Part shown: piece after piece, positions 1 to 12,353 of the stretch
Layout: the number at the start of each line of letters is the position of its first letter
How positions within the stretch are numbered: position 1 is the stretch's first letter
From: Neophaeotheca triangularis
Lineage: Eukaryota
Assembly: GCA_054600435.1 (NCBI GenBank)
Contig: BAAIJX010000058.1
Location: 1-64,000, forward strand
Direction of reading: 5' to 3'
Length of the DNA stretch: 64,000 bases
Made by a program: the position numbers and the translations under genes
The notes under the pieces: model-generated
The model's input: the letters and a program-made list of their open reading frames with translations, nothing else
The model's database searches: none
Told to the model about the DNA's origin: nothing

Positions 1-119
1 GCCGACCACCCTCGTCACATCTTTTGCCACGCCGTCCCTCGACTTGGCTACCAGCGCCTCGTCGACCGCCAGCCCAACCAAAGACACCAAGTCCGCGAAG
101 CTAGCCGACCACACCACCA

Positions 120-171
120 CCCCCCCCCCCCCCCCCCCCCCCCCGCCCCCCCCCCCCCCCCCCCCCCCCCC
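120..171. repeat. poly-C tract (~52 nt, one G at 145)
   Basis: Directly visible homopolymer upstream of the first gene; it generates the spurious poly-Pro and poly-Gly ORFs. Confidence 0.9.
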
Positions 172-608
172 TCTTCTAGAGCAGGTCGAACGGGGGGAAG
201 GATGCTCGCTTGTTCAAGATCAACAGACACCCGCGCTCTGCTTTCTTCTCTCTCCCTCTAGCACCATTTCCATCACTATTTCCCTGAGATCTTACTGTTG
301 GACCGTTGATAGCTCAGCTGCGTTGGGGCTGCATTGGCAACTCGGCCGCTCGTTGCTGTAATCTTTACGCTAACGGGAGTGTTTGACATCCGTTTGTCGT
401 GACCCTGGAGCATTTATTAGACCCAGCAGTACCAATCAAACCAGGAAAATCTACACGTTGACCCCCCGACACCATCATTTACTTTGAATCGTCATTCGCT
501 TGAAGAGACATAGCAACGCCATATCATTCCTACCCGCAATCTTTGAAGCTTCCCGAACCCCGAGCCAATTCGTCACCACCGCACACATGGACTAGATGTC
601 TTGGACCA

Positions 609-3089
609 ATGGAGCGCCTCAATCCTAACGACGAGTACGGAAATGACTACTTCCGCTCGTCTCAAGATGCTTTCAACAACACCAGCAGAGGCGATCAACC
701 ACCTCGACTGCACAAGAAGGCCTCTGCTGGCGGACGCCCGACTAGATTATCACATCAGCAAATCAATGATCAACATGGAGTAAAGAGTTCAGGACATGAA
801 AACTTTGGCCAACAAAGAAAGGGCTCGTTGCGCAACGTCGTGCGTAGGATCTTCGGCAGGAGGGGAAGAAGCTCCGCTCCTGAGCCTCAGCAACTCGGAC
901 AGAGCATCTCTCCTACCAGACACGCTTGTCACGACAGCGAGCCTCCTCAACAGGCTGTCGCTGAGGCTCAAGACCAGTACGATGAGCAAGTACCGCACCG
1001 CACACTGTCCGCACCCTTGCAAATCACGCCCTCGCAAACGTCGGCTTCTCGGATGCGCTCCCCCTACGCGGTAGAGTTCCCGCAGAGTGCGCGCCTGAAG
1101 CCTTTGAACTTAGGTAACCCCCTCCCGGCTTCTGGCAAGCAGTTGCGACGACGCAAGACTTTACCCAGCGTTTTGATCCTAGATCCAGATGCGGAAAAGA
1201 TCAAGAAGACGCTGGAGGATGCGGCTCATGTGCCCCCAGTACCTAAGCCGGATACTGAGAATGCGCTTGCGCCTGAGGTTGAGCAAGCCGTTCTCAAGAG
1301 CAAGACTTCGAAGAGGAGATCGAGAAGCGCGGGCAATTTGAAGCGGGAGACTGCGCCCAGTGCGCCGCGCAAGAGGAGTGAGGAAATACAGCATTGGCGG
1401 GAGAGCATGCACGACGGCGGTGTCCTACGTGCGAGCGGATTCACGAGTCAGCGATACAGCGAAATGTTCGGAAAGCGGGAGGAACAGGCGATCCAGCCCG
1501 ATCCGCTATACGAACATGAGGACGACACCACCACGCCCACCGCGCAATTACCCGACCCTTTCGCACCGCGATCCGCGCATCCCACGCCTGTGAGAAGCAA
1601 AAGCAGCCCGCGCTTCTACCACCGCTCCGCCGTCAGCGAAGCAGACATCCACTCCGCTTCCCATTTCGGCACGGAAATGTCGCAGGATCTGGAAGACCGC
1701 GTCGCGCGATTGGAAGCCGGGCTGCAGAACTTCCAAACTTCCCTGCAGCGCTTGACGGCGCGGAGTAACCGCAAAACAGTCGTGTTGGGTGCTAACGGTG
1801 GTGTTGGTGAGACGGCCACGAGCAGCACTTCCCGCACCCCTAGCATGCTCGCGGATACTCTCTTCTTGGACGGTTCCGCCGGCGGGCCCAACTACAACCT
1901 CCACACCCAGCAGCGGCCCACGACCTCCCCACCGCCCCCTCAAACCCCGAACAGATCCAGCACGACCAAAACCCGCCTTGCACCCTCCACCACGGCCCCG
2001 ACCTCAACCCCAAACAACCACCGCACCGCACCCCTGGCCTTCCAAACCCGCTCCCACACCGCCCCCAACCCCTCAACCTTCAGCCGCAACCTCAGCAACA
2101 ACCCCACCCCAACCTCCACGCGCCAAACCACTCCAGCCCCTCGACCAAGCGACTTCCCCATCCCGCCATCGCATCCCCACATCCCTCGCCACGAAACCCA
2201 GCACTTCCCACTACCCGAGCCGCAGGGCTCGCGACAGCAGGAGGGAGTGGAAGTCGGCGAGGGTTTGAAAGCACTGTATAGGATGTTGCACTCGGAACGG
2301 CAGGAAAGGCGCGAGGAGCGGCGAGAATTGGTCGAGTTGGTTAGGGGGTTGAGGGTTGAGGTTGGGGAGTTGAGGCGGCGGCAGGGGTGGGGTGGTGGTG
2401 GTGGTGGTGGTGGTGGTAGTGGAATGATGAGGCAGGGTTTCAGCAGTAACAGGGGGTGCTGGGACGGATACGGGCGGGCGGAGGGCGGGTCAGGGTCGTC
2501 GGGTGATTGCTTTGGCCGTGAGGGTGTGGAAGCGGATGGTGGTGGTGATGGTGGTGGTGACGGTGATTCATGCCGCTCGCGCGGTCGTGACAACGACGCT
2601 ACTACCGAAACCGCGGCTTTTGCTTCCGGTCGAGGTGGTCTCGTTGGTTCCGGTGGTTTTGGGTTCGGCCGCGTCGGTGGCGGCCATGTCGGTGGTTTGC
2701 CTTTGACGAGCTATTTCCGCGATTCGGGGACGAGTGTCTGCACGGGCGGATCGGTGGGTTTGGTGGAGGATCGTGGGAGGGAGAGGGAGAGGGAGAGGGA
2801 GAGAGGCGGGGTGACGGGGCAGGTTGTTAGTCGCTTTAGTGGCAGTGGTGCGGGTGAGTCTGGGGAAGTTTCGGTGGATCGGGGGGAGGGGCGTGAGGGT
2901 GAGGGTGCTGGGGTTGGTGGGAGAGTCAACGCTGTCGATGCTTTCGATTACGACGATGAAGTCGCGCCCTCGACGCCGTATGACGCTTATCAAACCCCTG
3001 GCGAGGAGAATGGTGCGACGAGGTTTCCGTTCGAGCTTGGTGTTGGTGTTGGTGGCGCGGATGGGAGGAGGGAGGGGGGAATGTTTTGA
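609..3089 (+). CDS. hypothetical low-complexity protein with a predicted coiled-coil segment (LEDRVARLEAGLQNFQTSLQRL) and Gly-rich tail
   Basis: Long uninterrupted ORF 543..3089; first in-frame ATG at 609; no recognisable enzyme motif. Confidence 0.7.
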   Translation: MERLNPNDEYGNDYFRSSQDAFNNTSRGDQPPRLHKKASAGGRPTRLSHQQINDQHGVKSSGHENFGQQRKGSLRNVVRRIFGRRGRSSAPEPQQLGQSISPTRHACHDSEPPQQAVAEAQDQYDEQVPHRTLSAPLQITPSQTSASRMRSPYAVEFPQSARLKPLNLGNPLPASGKQLRRRKTLPSVLILDPDAEKIKKTLEDAAHVPPVPKPDTENALAPEVEQAVLKSKTSKRRSRSAGNLKRETAPSAPRKRSEEIQHWRESMHDGGVLRASGFTSQRYSEMFGKREEQAIQPDPLYEHEDDTTTPTAQLPDPFAPRSAHPTPVRSKSSPRFYHRSAVSEADIHSASHFGTEMSQDLEDRVARLEAGLQNFQTSLQRLTARSNRKTVVLGANGGVGETATSSTSRTPSMLADTLFLDGSAGGPNYNLHTQQRPTTSPPPPQTPNRSSTTKTRLAPSTTAPTSTPNNHRTAPLAFQTRSHTAPNPSTFSRNLSNNPTPTSTRQTTPAPRPSDFPIPPSHPHIPRHETQHFPLPEPQGSRQQEGVEVGEGLKALYRMLHSERQERREERRELVELVRGLRVEVGELRRRQGWGGGGGGGGGSGMMRQGFSSNRGCWDGYGRAEGGSGSSGDCFGREGVEADGGGDGGGDGDSCRSRGRDNDATTETAAFASGRGGLVGSGGFGFGRVGGGHVGGLPLTSYFRDSGTSVCTGGSVGLVEDRGRERERERERGGVTGQVVSRFSGSGAGESGEVSVDRGEGREGEGAGVGGRVNAVDAFDYDDEVAPSTPYDAYQTPGEENGATRFPFELGVGVGGADGRREGGMF

Positions 3090-3826
3090 ATCTGTTTCGA
3101 CTTTGCTCTGCAAGAGTCTTGTGGTAGTCTTGGATGCTGTTGTAGACGGGCAGCGTAGGGATTTAGCGGCGAGGGATTGTACTGTTTCTGTATTTGTACC
3201 ATGGTGGGAACTGTGTGAGACGGCGTTTGATGGAGAATGGAATGAAGTGGAGTGGAATGGAGGGATTATGTAGGATTAGATACCCTTGATGTTAATGTCA
3301 TGATTATATGTATACGTGAGATGAAGCTACACTTTGTCCAGCTAGTTGGATGGTACTGTCGGCTGGAAGTCTTCCTTAAGTGGTGACATGTCTGTCTCGA
3401 TGGGGAGGGCGAGGTGAAGACTGCGCGTCGGAAGGGGTTTACCCTTTTCTTGAACTACTGTAGTGGTAACTCAAGAAGAACGTTGAAGTTCCGCTCATGC
3501 TTTTGGCGGTGTTTGCTCGGCGTCGAAGTTGTGCTACCTGGACGGGGGCCCTTGAGGCTCTGGGGATGAGAGCACCTGCATCTGTATGCCTACCTATTCT
3601 GAGGTGTCGATTCTGTTTGCCACTGATGTTCGTGGCGTCAATGTGAGGTAGGCGCCCTTTACCTACCTGCCCCGGTGTTACAATGAGTCGACGGGAGGAG
3701 TCTTCCACACCGATAGTCATGACGGTCGGGATATGCGATCCATCTTTGCCTACCTTACCTAAGTAGGTAAGCAATCGGGCTTTGGAGCAGGATATGAGGG
3801 GCGTGGGTCGTATTCATGTTGTCAAA

Positions 3827-3852
3827 AATAATGATAATAATAATAATAATAA
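3827..3852. repeat. (AAT)n microsatellite
   Basis: Visible imperfect AAT run upstream of the transketolase gene. Confidence 0.7.
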
Positions 3853-4246
3853 GGTCCTAAGTTGGTAAGCCGGGAGTAGGAGAGCTGTAACTTAGGCGAG
3901 ATAAGGCCGGAGTAATGATAAGTTGACCGGGTGAAGTCCTGATATCTGAACCAAGACTCGTCCATTTGCCGGGGACGACTATGAGTGGAGGCTGAAAGTG
4001 GCAGAAGTCATCCGCCGGCGGGACTTTGCGAACGAGGGGCGACCTTTGTGCCCCACCAAAAAAAGCGTCATTGGGTGGTCCTCGTCAATTTTCACCGGCC
4101 TCGCCCTTTCGTCACTTGGCCAGTGCAGTCGGGTTCAAAGGTGTTTCTTCCCTCACCACTACCTCTACCACTACGACTACTCTCTCCCTCTACCACTCTC
4201 TCCCTCCTCAACTACACATTTCAATACCATCGACACAATCATCAAG

Positions 4247-6728
4247 ATGGGTTACGGAAAGACTGACGAGTTGGCCATCAACACCATCCGCACTCTCGCG
4301 GTACGTCTTACTTCCCTCCAATGCCTTTTTCCCAATCCGCGCCCAAAAAGAACGTTGAGCCTGAGGTCGCTGTTGGTGGGCTGATCTGGCGGTGGGCAGG
4401 AAGGACGGCGACAACATTATTGAGCAAGAGCAGGAACAACACCACCACCACACCACCACCACGACAGGCACAGCAGACACAGACACAGACACAGCATACC
4501 AATACGGGTGACCTTCTATCCAAAACAACGAGGCTGACGAAACTTTCCACTACAGGTTGATGCCACCTTCAAGGCCAACTCGGGCCACCCCGGTGCGCCC
4601 ATGGGCATGGCACCCATTGCCCACGTCCTCTTCAACAAGTTCATGACCTTCAACCCAAAGAACCCCAGCTGGGTCAACCGTGACAGATTCGTTCTTTCGT
4701 GAGTCCGCCCATGCATACTCCCACAAAAGAGCCGGCACTGGCTTGACACTGGCTCCTCTCAAAACGCTTTCTACGATTTGCAGCAATGCTAACATTTCCC
4801 CAGCAACGGTCACGGATGCATGCTCCAGTATGCCCTCCTCCACCTGTTCGGCTACAAGCTGAGCATGGACGACCTCAAGGCCTTCCGTACCGTTGACAGC
4901 ATCACCCCCGGTCACCCCGAGGCTCACGACACCCCCGGTGTTGAGGTCACCACTGGCCCTCTCGGTCAGGGTTTCGCCAACGCCGTCGGTCTCGCTGTTG
5001 CTCAGGCCCAGACTGGCGCCACCTTCAACAAGCCCGGCTACGATCTGATCAACAACTACACCTACTGCTTCTTCGGTGATGGCTGCGCCATGGAAGGTAT
5101 TGCCTCCGAGGCTGCCTCTGCTGCCGGTCACTTGCAGCTCGGTAACCTCATCATGATCTACGACGACAACGGAATCTCCATCGGTGAGTTGAATCCAATT
5201 CTGAGGTTAGTAAGAGATGTCGAATCTATACTGACATCCGCTCTTAGACGGTGACATCAAGTGCGCCTTCACCGAGAACGTCATGAAGCGATTCGAGGCC
5301 TACGGCTGGCACACTGAGTGGGTCAAGGACGGCGACAACGACCTCGAGGCCATGGAGAAGGCCATCCAGAAGTGCAAGGACGTCAAGGACAAGCCTTCCG
5401 TCATCAGGCTCACCACAACCATTGGTTTCGGCTCCAAGCTCCAGGGCACCGGCGGTGTTCACGGCAACCCTCTCAAGGAGGACGACTGCAAGGCCGTCAA
5501 GTCCAAGTTCGGCTTCGACCCTGAGCAGTCTTTCGTCGTTCCCCAGGAGGTTTACGACATGTACCACAAGCACGCCGACGAGGGTGCCGCTGCTGAGCAG
5601 CAGTGGAACTCGCTCTTCGACAAGTACAAGGGCGAGCACAAGGACCTCGGTGCCGACTTGGCCCGTCGTCTGACAGGCAAGCTGCCCGATGGCTGGCAAG
5701 AGAAGCTCCCGGTCTACAAGCCCAGCGACGCCGCCGTTGCCTCGCGTAAGCTGTCCGAGGCCGTCCTCGAGAAGATCTACGATGTCATCCCCGAGCTCAT
5801 GTCCGGCTCTGCCGATTTGACTGGCTCCAACAACACCCGCTGGAAGGCCGCCGTCGACTTCCAGCCCCCCAGCACCGGCATTGGCGAGTGGAGCGGTCGC
5901 TACATGCGCTACGGTGTGCGTGAGCACGCCATGGCTGGTATGATGAACGGTATGTCGGCCTACGGCACCATCATCCCTGCCGGTGGTACTTTCCTCAACT
6001 TCGTCTCCTACGCCGCCGGCTCCGTCCGTCTGTCCTCCCTCTCCCACCAGCGCGTCATCTACGTCGCCACCCATGACAGCATCGGTCTCGGTGAGGACGG
6101 CCCTACTCACCAGCCTGTCGAGACTCTCGCCCACTTCCGCGCTCTGCCCAACATGATGGTCTGGCGCCCCGCCGACGGCAACGAGACCTCCGCTGCTTAC
6201 TACGTTGCCCTCACCTCTCGCGAGACCCCCTCCATCCTCGCCCTCACCCGTCAGAACCTGCCCCAACTCGAGGGCAGCACCATCGAGAACGGCATCAAGG
6301 GTGGTTACGTCGCGCTCGAGGACAAGGAGGCCGCCATCACCCTCATCTCCACAGGTTCCGAAGTTTCCATCTGCTTGGAAGCCGTCAAGACCCTCAAGGA
6401 GAACTACAACCTCAAGGCGCGTGTTGTGTCTATGCCCTGCGTCGAAGTCTTCGACGCCCAGTCCAAGGACTACCGCCTCAGTTGTATCCCCGACGGGATC
6501 CCGGCCATGTCTGTCGAAGTCATGTCCACGCTCGGCTGGGAGAAGTACTCGCACGAGCAATTCGGTCTCAACCGTTTTGGCGCTTCGGGCGCTTACAAGG
6601 ACGTCTACAAGAAGTTCGACTTCACGCCCGAGGGTATTGCCAGCCGTGCGCAAAAGACTGTCGACTTTTACAAGGACGTCAAGCCCCTGCGTTCCCCACT
6701 TAACCGCGCTTTCTTGAACTTGATCTAG
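4247..6728 (+). CDS. TKL1: transketolase; exons 4247-4300, 4556-4698, 4804-5183, 5248-6728
   Basis: Spliced product [35 protein letters not shown]...[14 protein letters not shown]...; TPP-binding GDGCAMEG...YDDN motif; [16 protein letters not shown]; canonical GT-AG introns with CTGAC/CTAAC branch points. Confidence 0.97.
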
Positions 6729-7986
6729 ATTTTAAGATTTGAGGCGGATTGTGGTTGTGGAAGGTGATGCCTACTTTATTACGAGTATGAAGAAATATGA
6801 GACATTTCTGTCATCTCTCCCTCGCTATGGCTGAGGGGGATTTTGGACAGAATAGGGCAAGGTATAGATAGATATGGAATCGAATCGAACGAAGAATTGA
6901 CACGATAATGCAACCTGCTGCCGTGCGCTGCTTCCCCCCTTTTGCTGCTCCCTTTTCGCTCTGTCGCGCTCTCGTTCGTGAGTGCTGAGTGATGAGTGTT
7001 GGGTGTCGATTCCTTTGAGACGACGGTCTTGTAGGTCTTGGGCTGTGAAGCTATACAAAGCCAGCCACCTTCTGAAACTCGCGGTGCCTGCCTGGTCTTG
7101 TCAACAACCTTCTGTAAAAATCAGTACCAATTTTTGCGTGTGACGAGTCTGTTTTCGTCGACTCCGTTTTGTCTTGAGTTCTTCGTTCTCGGTTATATGT
7201 ACATCTATTTATATTTAGGGGGTCTATAGGTTGTGTTGTTAACAGGAAGAGGTAGGTGGTGCTATTGCTGGCGTTGATGGGTGGGTGAGTGAGTGAGTCA
7301 GTGAGTGGAGGGAGGGTTTTGGGGGTTTAGTGGGTTTGGTGGCTACTCACCTACCTACCTACTTGCCTGCCTGCCTGCCTGCCTGCCTGCCTACCTACGT
7401 ACCTATCTCCCTATCTACCTACATACCAGGATACCTACTGACTTTCCCACGCACCCTTGTCTTTGTCAAACATCCAGGTCTCTACTGAAGAGATAATTTG
7501 GATTCTTGCCGGTGTGTCGAGGCCGGCGTGGGTTGTCTCTCATGTCGAGGTTGTAGTAATTTTCACATCCATGGCATTTTTGGCCGTGTAGTCGTTTAGG
7601 ACGTGATTTCTACGCTGTTTTGGAAACGACAAAGAGCTTTGGAAGGCGGGAAGAGTAGCATAAGGGTGTCATGGTGTTGGACAAATGTTGCATGCGATGA
7701 AGACGGAGCCGTCGTGATCCACTATCGCAGTTCGGAATGCTTGCAAACTATGTATACGCGGAACCCAGGACGCACTTGTGGCCTTCTTTCGCGTCCACTC
7801 AGCCTTATTCAAAGCTTTCGTACTCCTCAACCCTGGGCCTCAAGATTAAGCTCTTGTGTGTGTAAAGAACACAAGAGAAGATACAGATCAGTCAGATTCA
7901 TTTCTATTTTTGCCTCAGTACAAACCCCAACCCCAACCCCAACCCTAAACCCCCTTCTTCCCTCGCACGCCCCCCGTACAAATCTT

Positions 7987-10533
7987 TCACCGCGCAAACC
8001 CCACCCCATCGAACCCAACCCCAGACCCAGGAACCCGACTATGCTCCCTTCCTCGCCCACGAGGGAAACCCCTCCCACTACCGCCACTAACACCAACATC
8101 TCCATCTCCGCCGCCACCCCTACCAACTCCTCCGAGTCCAGTCCCGAACCCGGGAGATCCCAATCCGGGCGAGGCAACCCCAACACTCAACCATAAATCC
8201 TCCCCGCGGCGCGAGGGAGTGAGTTTGGGTTCCCAGAGCGGTGAGGGCTGGGGGTGGTGGATTGTGGAGGTCGAAGGTGTTTGAGCGGGTTTGGAAGTTG
8301 GGTCTGAATGCATGGGGTTGGGTATGGGGTCGTTGATGTTGTCATTGTTGGTGGGAGGAGAGCGGCGGGTTGTACCGTAGCCTTTTAAGGGAGATTCCTG
8401 CGGTCTGGGTCTGGGTTTGGTGTTGTTGGTGGTTGTGTCGCTGCTGCTGGTTTTGAGAGGTGAAGGCTTGGCCGAAGGGATGGGGTAGAAGCCTGCAGCT
8501 TTCTGGGTTTGCTGTTTGTGAGACTGGTCCAAAGCATGGGCGACGAAGAGCTGCCTCTCCAGGTCCCGCGCCGTTCTCGAGCCCTTCTGCTTGACCGCCA
8601 ACGTCGAGCCGCTGAGCGAGGGCGTCGTGCTGGTTTTCTGTCTTTCTGGCGTTATCATAGGGTTTAACGATCGCTGTTCCCGCTGCCACTGCGGTGAAGG
8701 CGTTGCGTTGCCCCTTTGCACCAGCTCGTGAGACTGAAAAGGCGACTGGCGTGCCGAGAGTGTTGGGATAGGGGAGCGCGGCACTGCTTGGTTTGAACTG
8801 CGCGGGACTTTGGGGTAGCGGAGAGCGGCTATGGGTGACTCTTCCACAGGAGAGAGATGCTTGTCGCTTTCTTCTGGTGGCGTGGGTTCGTCAGGATCGG
8901 TACTTTCGAAGGAAGTGTCGGAGGCCGCCGAGGAGCGGAAAGCTTTGGGTTGGAAGGTTGGTTTGGTGACGGTGAGCGAGGGCGGTGCTGGACGGCGGTT
9001 CTGCGGTTCTTCTTCGATGGGAGTTCCGCTGGCTGTGGTCGGCGTGCGGCTTTCGGCCGAGGTGTAGTAGTTGGGGAGGTAGCTGTTTGAGGAGTTGCGA
9101 GGCTGGGAGCTGTGCATTGAGCGGGAGCGGGAGCTGTTGGAGACTGGGCGGCCAGTCGCCGATGGAGAATTTTCTGGGATCGGGGGTGGAGGAAAGGGCC
9201 TTGGTGGAGCCATCTTCGCTCTGTTGTTGTAGGATGGTGGTATCTTGATGGAGAGGGACGGCGGGAGTGCAGCGTCGGGAGATTGTGTCCAGTTATTCGC
9301 ATACTCCGGTCTTGACTGTGATCGTCGTTCCGGCGCGGTGTGGGCGAGCGCAGGTGGCATCGGGAATCTCCCTAAGACTGGACTGCTAAACTTGGGCGAT
9401 CTGTCTTCCTCGAACACAGTCGCCGCGGTAAAGTTGCTCGGTGGTCGTGGTGATTCTTTGGAAGCTGGCAATGGCTTACGCGGTATGGTCGTTGGCTTCT
9501 CCGGTAAGAGTTGAGAAAGAGTTCGCATACTGCCATCGCTTCGATGACTCTCCATCGAGCCACCCGACCTAGTATTCGTTTTGTCTCTCGGATCGGACGG
9601 AGCCGTCTCCTTGTGAATCATACCTGGTAGCGGCCATGCGGTCTTTCTATGTTCCATAGTCGACTCGGTCCTGGTCCCGGGCAACTCGCGCGGTCCCATC
9701 GAATGGCTGTCCCTATTACCGTGATAGAAATAGTTCAACGAAGGCAAGCGGGGTGGAGAGGCATCGACAAAGTCGTACGAGTGTCGAGGGCCCGCCTGCT
9801 TATCCCTGCGACGGCGTCGGATGCAACAGCAGAGAATGATGGCGCCTATGGCCAGTAAAAGCACGCTGATTGCTGCTACTGATATGCCCGCAGCTTGCGC
9901 ACTTGTGAGGTTCTTCGAGGAGTTGTTGTCAGCGGCGACAGCGGGTACAGGTGTTGAACTTGCAGTCTCAGATGCGGACAGCAAAGAATCAGAATTGCTT
10001 TCTGTGTTGGCGATTGGAATGCTATTCGAATGGCTCGGGGTCGCCGATGTCTGCAGCGTTGGAGTGGGCTGCGAAGGAGAAGCAACGGTAGTTGGTCCTG
10101 TCTCCCTGCGCGATGCAGATGGCGGGCTCGCGAAAATAGTCGCCGTTGCTGGCAATGTAAGTGTGCTGTGAGTCGCCTTAACAGCTTCGCTTTCTTCCGA
10201 GCAAATATTGTACAAGTGAACTTTTTTCTGCTCAACGGTCTGACTCTCGCATTGAAGTTGTAGACATGTGTAGGCGAGTTCTCCAAGCGTGAACCCATCG
10301 AAGCTGTACTTCGAGCACAAGCAGGACAAATCGTCCGTGCCGCAGTTCCAGCCATTGCCAGCATGTCGCGAGAGGCAATCTCCTGCGCACTGAGGGATGC
10401 TATTTCGTACCTCCAATGCCTTGGCTTGCCTTGTTCGTACGATGGTAGGATTTGATGCCAGTTCCAGACTGACAAAAGCGGATCGTTGTGTGGTCTGGAC
10501 TGTATTGGATCGTTCACTTTGCCACCAGGGCAT
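7987..10533 (-). CDS. CFEM-domain single-pass membrane protein with a long Ser/Pro-rich cytoplasmic tail (start uncertain)
   Basis: Eight-Cys CFEM pattern PQCAGDC..C.TDDLSCLC..C....C..C, Ser/Thr stalk, TM helix AAGISVAAISVLLLAIGAIILCCCI followed by RRRRR. The first ATG (10533) gives no clear signal peptide, so an upstream exon may be missed. Confidence 0.8.
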   Translation of the reverse strand: MPWWQSERSNTVQTTQRSAFVSLELASNPTIVRTRQAKALEVRNSIPQCAGDCLSRHAGNGWNCGTDDLSCLCSKYSFDGFTLGELAYTCLQLQCESQTVEQKKVHLYNICSEESEAVKATHSTLTLPATATIFASPPSASRRETGPTTVASPSQPTPTLQTSATPSHSNSIPIANTESNSDSLLSASETASSTPVPAVAADNNSSKNLTSAQAAGISVAAISVLLLAIGAIILCCCIRRRRRDKQAGPRHSYDFVDASPPRLPSLNYFYHGNRDSHSMGPRELPGTRTESTMEHRKTAWPLPGMIHKETAPSDPRDKTNTRSGGSMESHRSDGSMRTLSQLLPEKPTTIPRKPLPASKESPRPPSNFTAATVFEEDRSPKFSSPVLGRFPMPPALAHTAPERRSQSRPEYANNWTQSPDAALPPSLSIKIPPSYNNRAKMAPPRPFPPPPIPENSPSATGRPVSNSSRSRSMHSSQPRNSSNSYLPNYYTSAESRTPTTASGTPIEEEPQNRRPAPPSLTVTKPTFQPKAFRSSAASDTSFESTDPDEPTPPEESDKHLSPVEESPIAALRYPKVPRSSNQAVPRSPIPTLSARQSPFQSHELVQRGNATPSPQWQREQRSLNPMITPERQKTSTTPSLSGSTLAVKQKGSRTARDLERQLFVAHALDQSHKQQTQKAAGFYPIPSAKPSPLKTSSSDTTTNNTKPRPRPQESPLKGYGTTRRSPPTNNDNINDPIPNPMHSDPTSKPAQTPSTSTIHHPQPSPLWEPKLTPSRRGEDLWLSVGVASPGLGSPGFGTGLGGVGRGGGGDGDVGVSGGSGRGFPRGRGREHSRVPGSGVGFDGVGFAR

Positions 10534-11401
10534 TTTCGAAGGAGCAATTAGACTACTAATCGTAGCATGATAATAATACACGAGAAATAGAAGATAGATC
10601 GACCAGCGATTAGTACGAGAAAAGAAAACGAAAAGGGAAAATGAACAGAGTTGCTAAGAGGGTGTTCCAGGACGCGTAGTCGTTGAAAGACTACGTCCAG
10701 GACGTGACCTACCCATATACTTGCTGGCCGCGGTGTGGTCGATGTGGTCGTATCTATTATTGTCCTTGACGCCGGAAAAGACCGTCATCGCGCAGGCAAC
10801 GGACAGGTCGGTGTCGATAGTATCGACATTGTTGGCGCTGACGGCGCCGGCCAGTCAGCAGAGCAGAACGTGTCGTCGAATGAAGAGTCTTCGACGTCCA
10901 AAGCTGGGCGCTTAAGATGCAGATATGTGAGCGCACGGGCCAACAAGATGCAGCGCTTCCAAGCATACCTTGGGCAACCTTTGATACTACTGCTACATGT
11001 ATGTACTGCGTATCTCATCACACTTGTTGTAACTGTGCGCCTGGCTGCCTTCGCTACCGCAGGATGAAAGCAATGCGTATTGCAATGATATCAATTACGA
11101 GGACGACTCAAGACTCAAGGAGCGTTAGTGAATCGTGGCCTGAAGAGTCGTCCGCTGTTGGGTATTCGAACTAATATACTACCCGTGCAGCCGGCCAGTG
11201 AGACGCCCAAAAAAAGTCGTAGGTGATGGGCCAGTGCCCAGTTCCGTCCCGTTTAAAGCAATAAGGTCGCTCCCAACCAACGCCTCGCTATCCATGAAAG
11301 GAACCCAGATCCTGTCGAAAACGCCAGACCAAAAACCCAATCGAGCCCAAACCAAAAGATTGAAACCATGCTCATCAAACGTCGCAAAATGTAACGTGCG
11401 C

Positions 11402-12353
11402 TCAAACCGCGACCCCAAACGGCGCACTCTCATTTAAATCCTCCACCAGCTCAGCAACATTACTCAGATACTGCCCGAGCAAATGCTGCTTGTCCTCCAT
11501 ACTCCGTGTATCCGAAAATTCTGCAGCCTCTGCCGCACCGCCACTATCACCCGAGTGCGTTCTCGCGTGCCCCGCATATGCATCGACGACCTTACTGGGA
11601 CTCCGCTGCAAGACAGCCGTATTGGGCGCGCTCGAGCTCCTCATCGGACTATTCACGGGCGCCTCGGGCATGAGGTAGAAGTAGAGGAACTCCAGCGTAC
11701 GCATCTTGACATCGCGGCTAGTGCCGCGGCTCTTGAAGAGGCTGGTGACTGTGAGAAGACCGTCGATGTCTTCAAATGTGCGTGTATTGCGGGGTGTGTC
11801 TAGAAGGGCGGTTACGAGGACGAGGAGAGCTTGCGCTTGGATCTTGGGTGGGTTGGAGGCGTCAAGGAGGTCGAGTAGGAGGTTCATGTAGATTTCGCGG
11901 CTGAAGAGGCTGCGACTTGGTGGGTGGAGAAGGAGAATGCCCTGAAGGAGGTCGAGAGCTGCGAGGATGAGGAGATCGGTTTGTGAGGGGTTCCCCATAC
12001 CCATGAGGCGTTCGAGAGTCGCGATAAGGCGCGATGCGACTGATTGTGCTGTTAGCTTGAGCGATTGGTGTCCGCAGGGTGGATGCAATAGATGTACCAT
12101 TCCATTGAAACCCTTCCTGTAACCTGAAAAATTCTCTGAATGCCGGGTCGTCTCTGAGATCGCCTAAGCCCTTGATGCCATCCTCATCTTTCCCTCCTAA
12201 CGCCGAAGACTTCCTCTTGTGCGGTGATGTGCTACTCGGCTTTTGCAAGCATATCTGTGCGACCAAACCCTCAATCTGCCGTATGCCCTTGCGAATCTTA
12301 GCGCCGTCTTTGCTCGCGATGTGGTCAAAGGATACTGAAAGAAGGGATTCCAT
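11402..12353 (-). CDS. cdc14: Cdc14 septation-initiation-network component (S. pombe Cdc14-type, not the phosphatase); exons 12353-12098, 12039-11402
   Basis: MESLLSVSFDHIAS..KIRKGIRQIEGL, FFRLQEGFQWN|VASRL, LQGILLLHPPSR, LEFLYFYLMPE; GTACAT...GCTAAC...CAG intron restores the frame. Confidence 0.85.

Noticed and set aside
44..361. Poly-Pro and poly-Gly ORFs
   Set aside because: Produced by the poly-C homopolymer.
4301..4555. TPP riboswitch in transketolase intron 1 (CTGAG and CTGATCTGG seen)
   Set aside because: Lacks the CUGAGA loop context and the UAAU.CCAGCG P5/P4 partner sequence; stems cannot be built.
5244..6653. 469-aa antisense ORF (also 4550..5131)
   Set aside because: Shadow of the strongly codon-biased transketolase gene.
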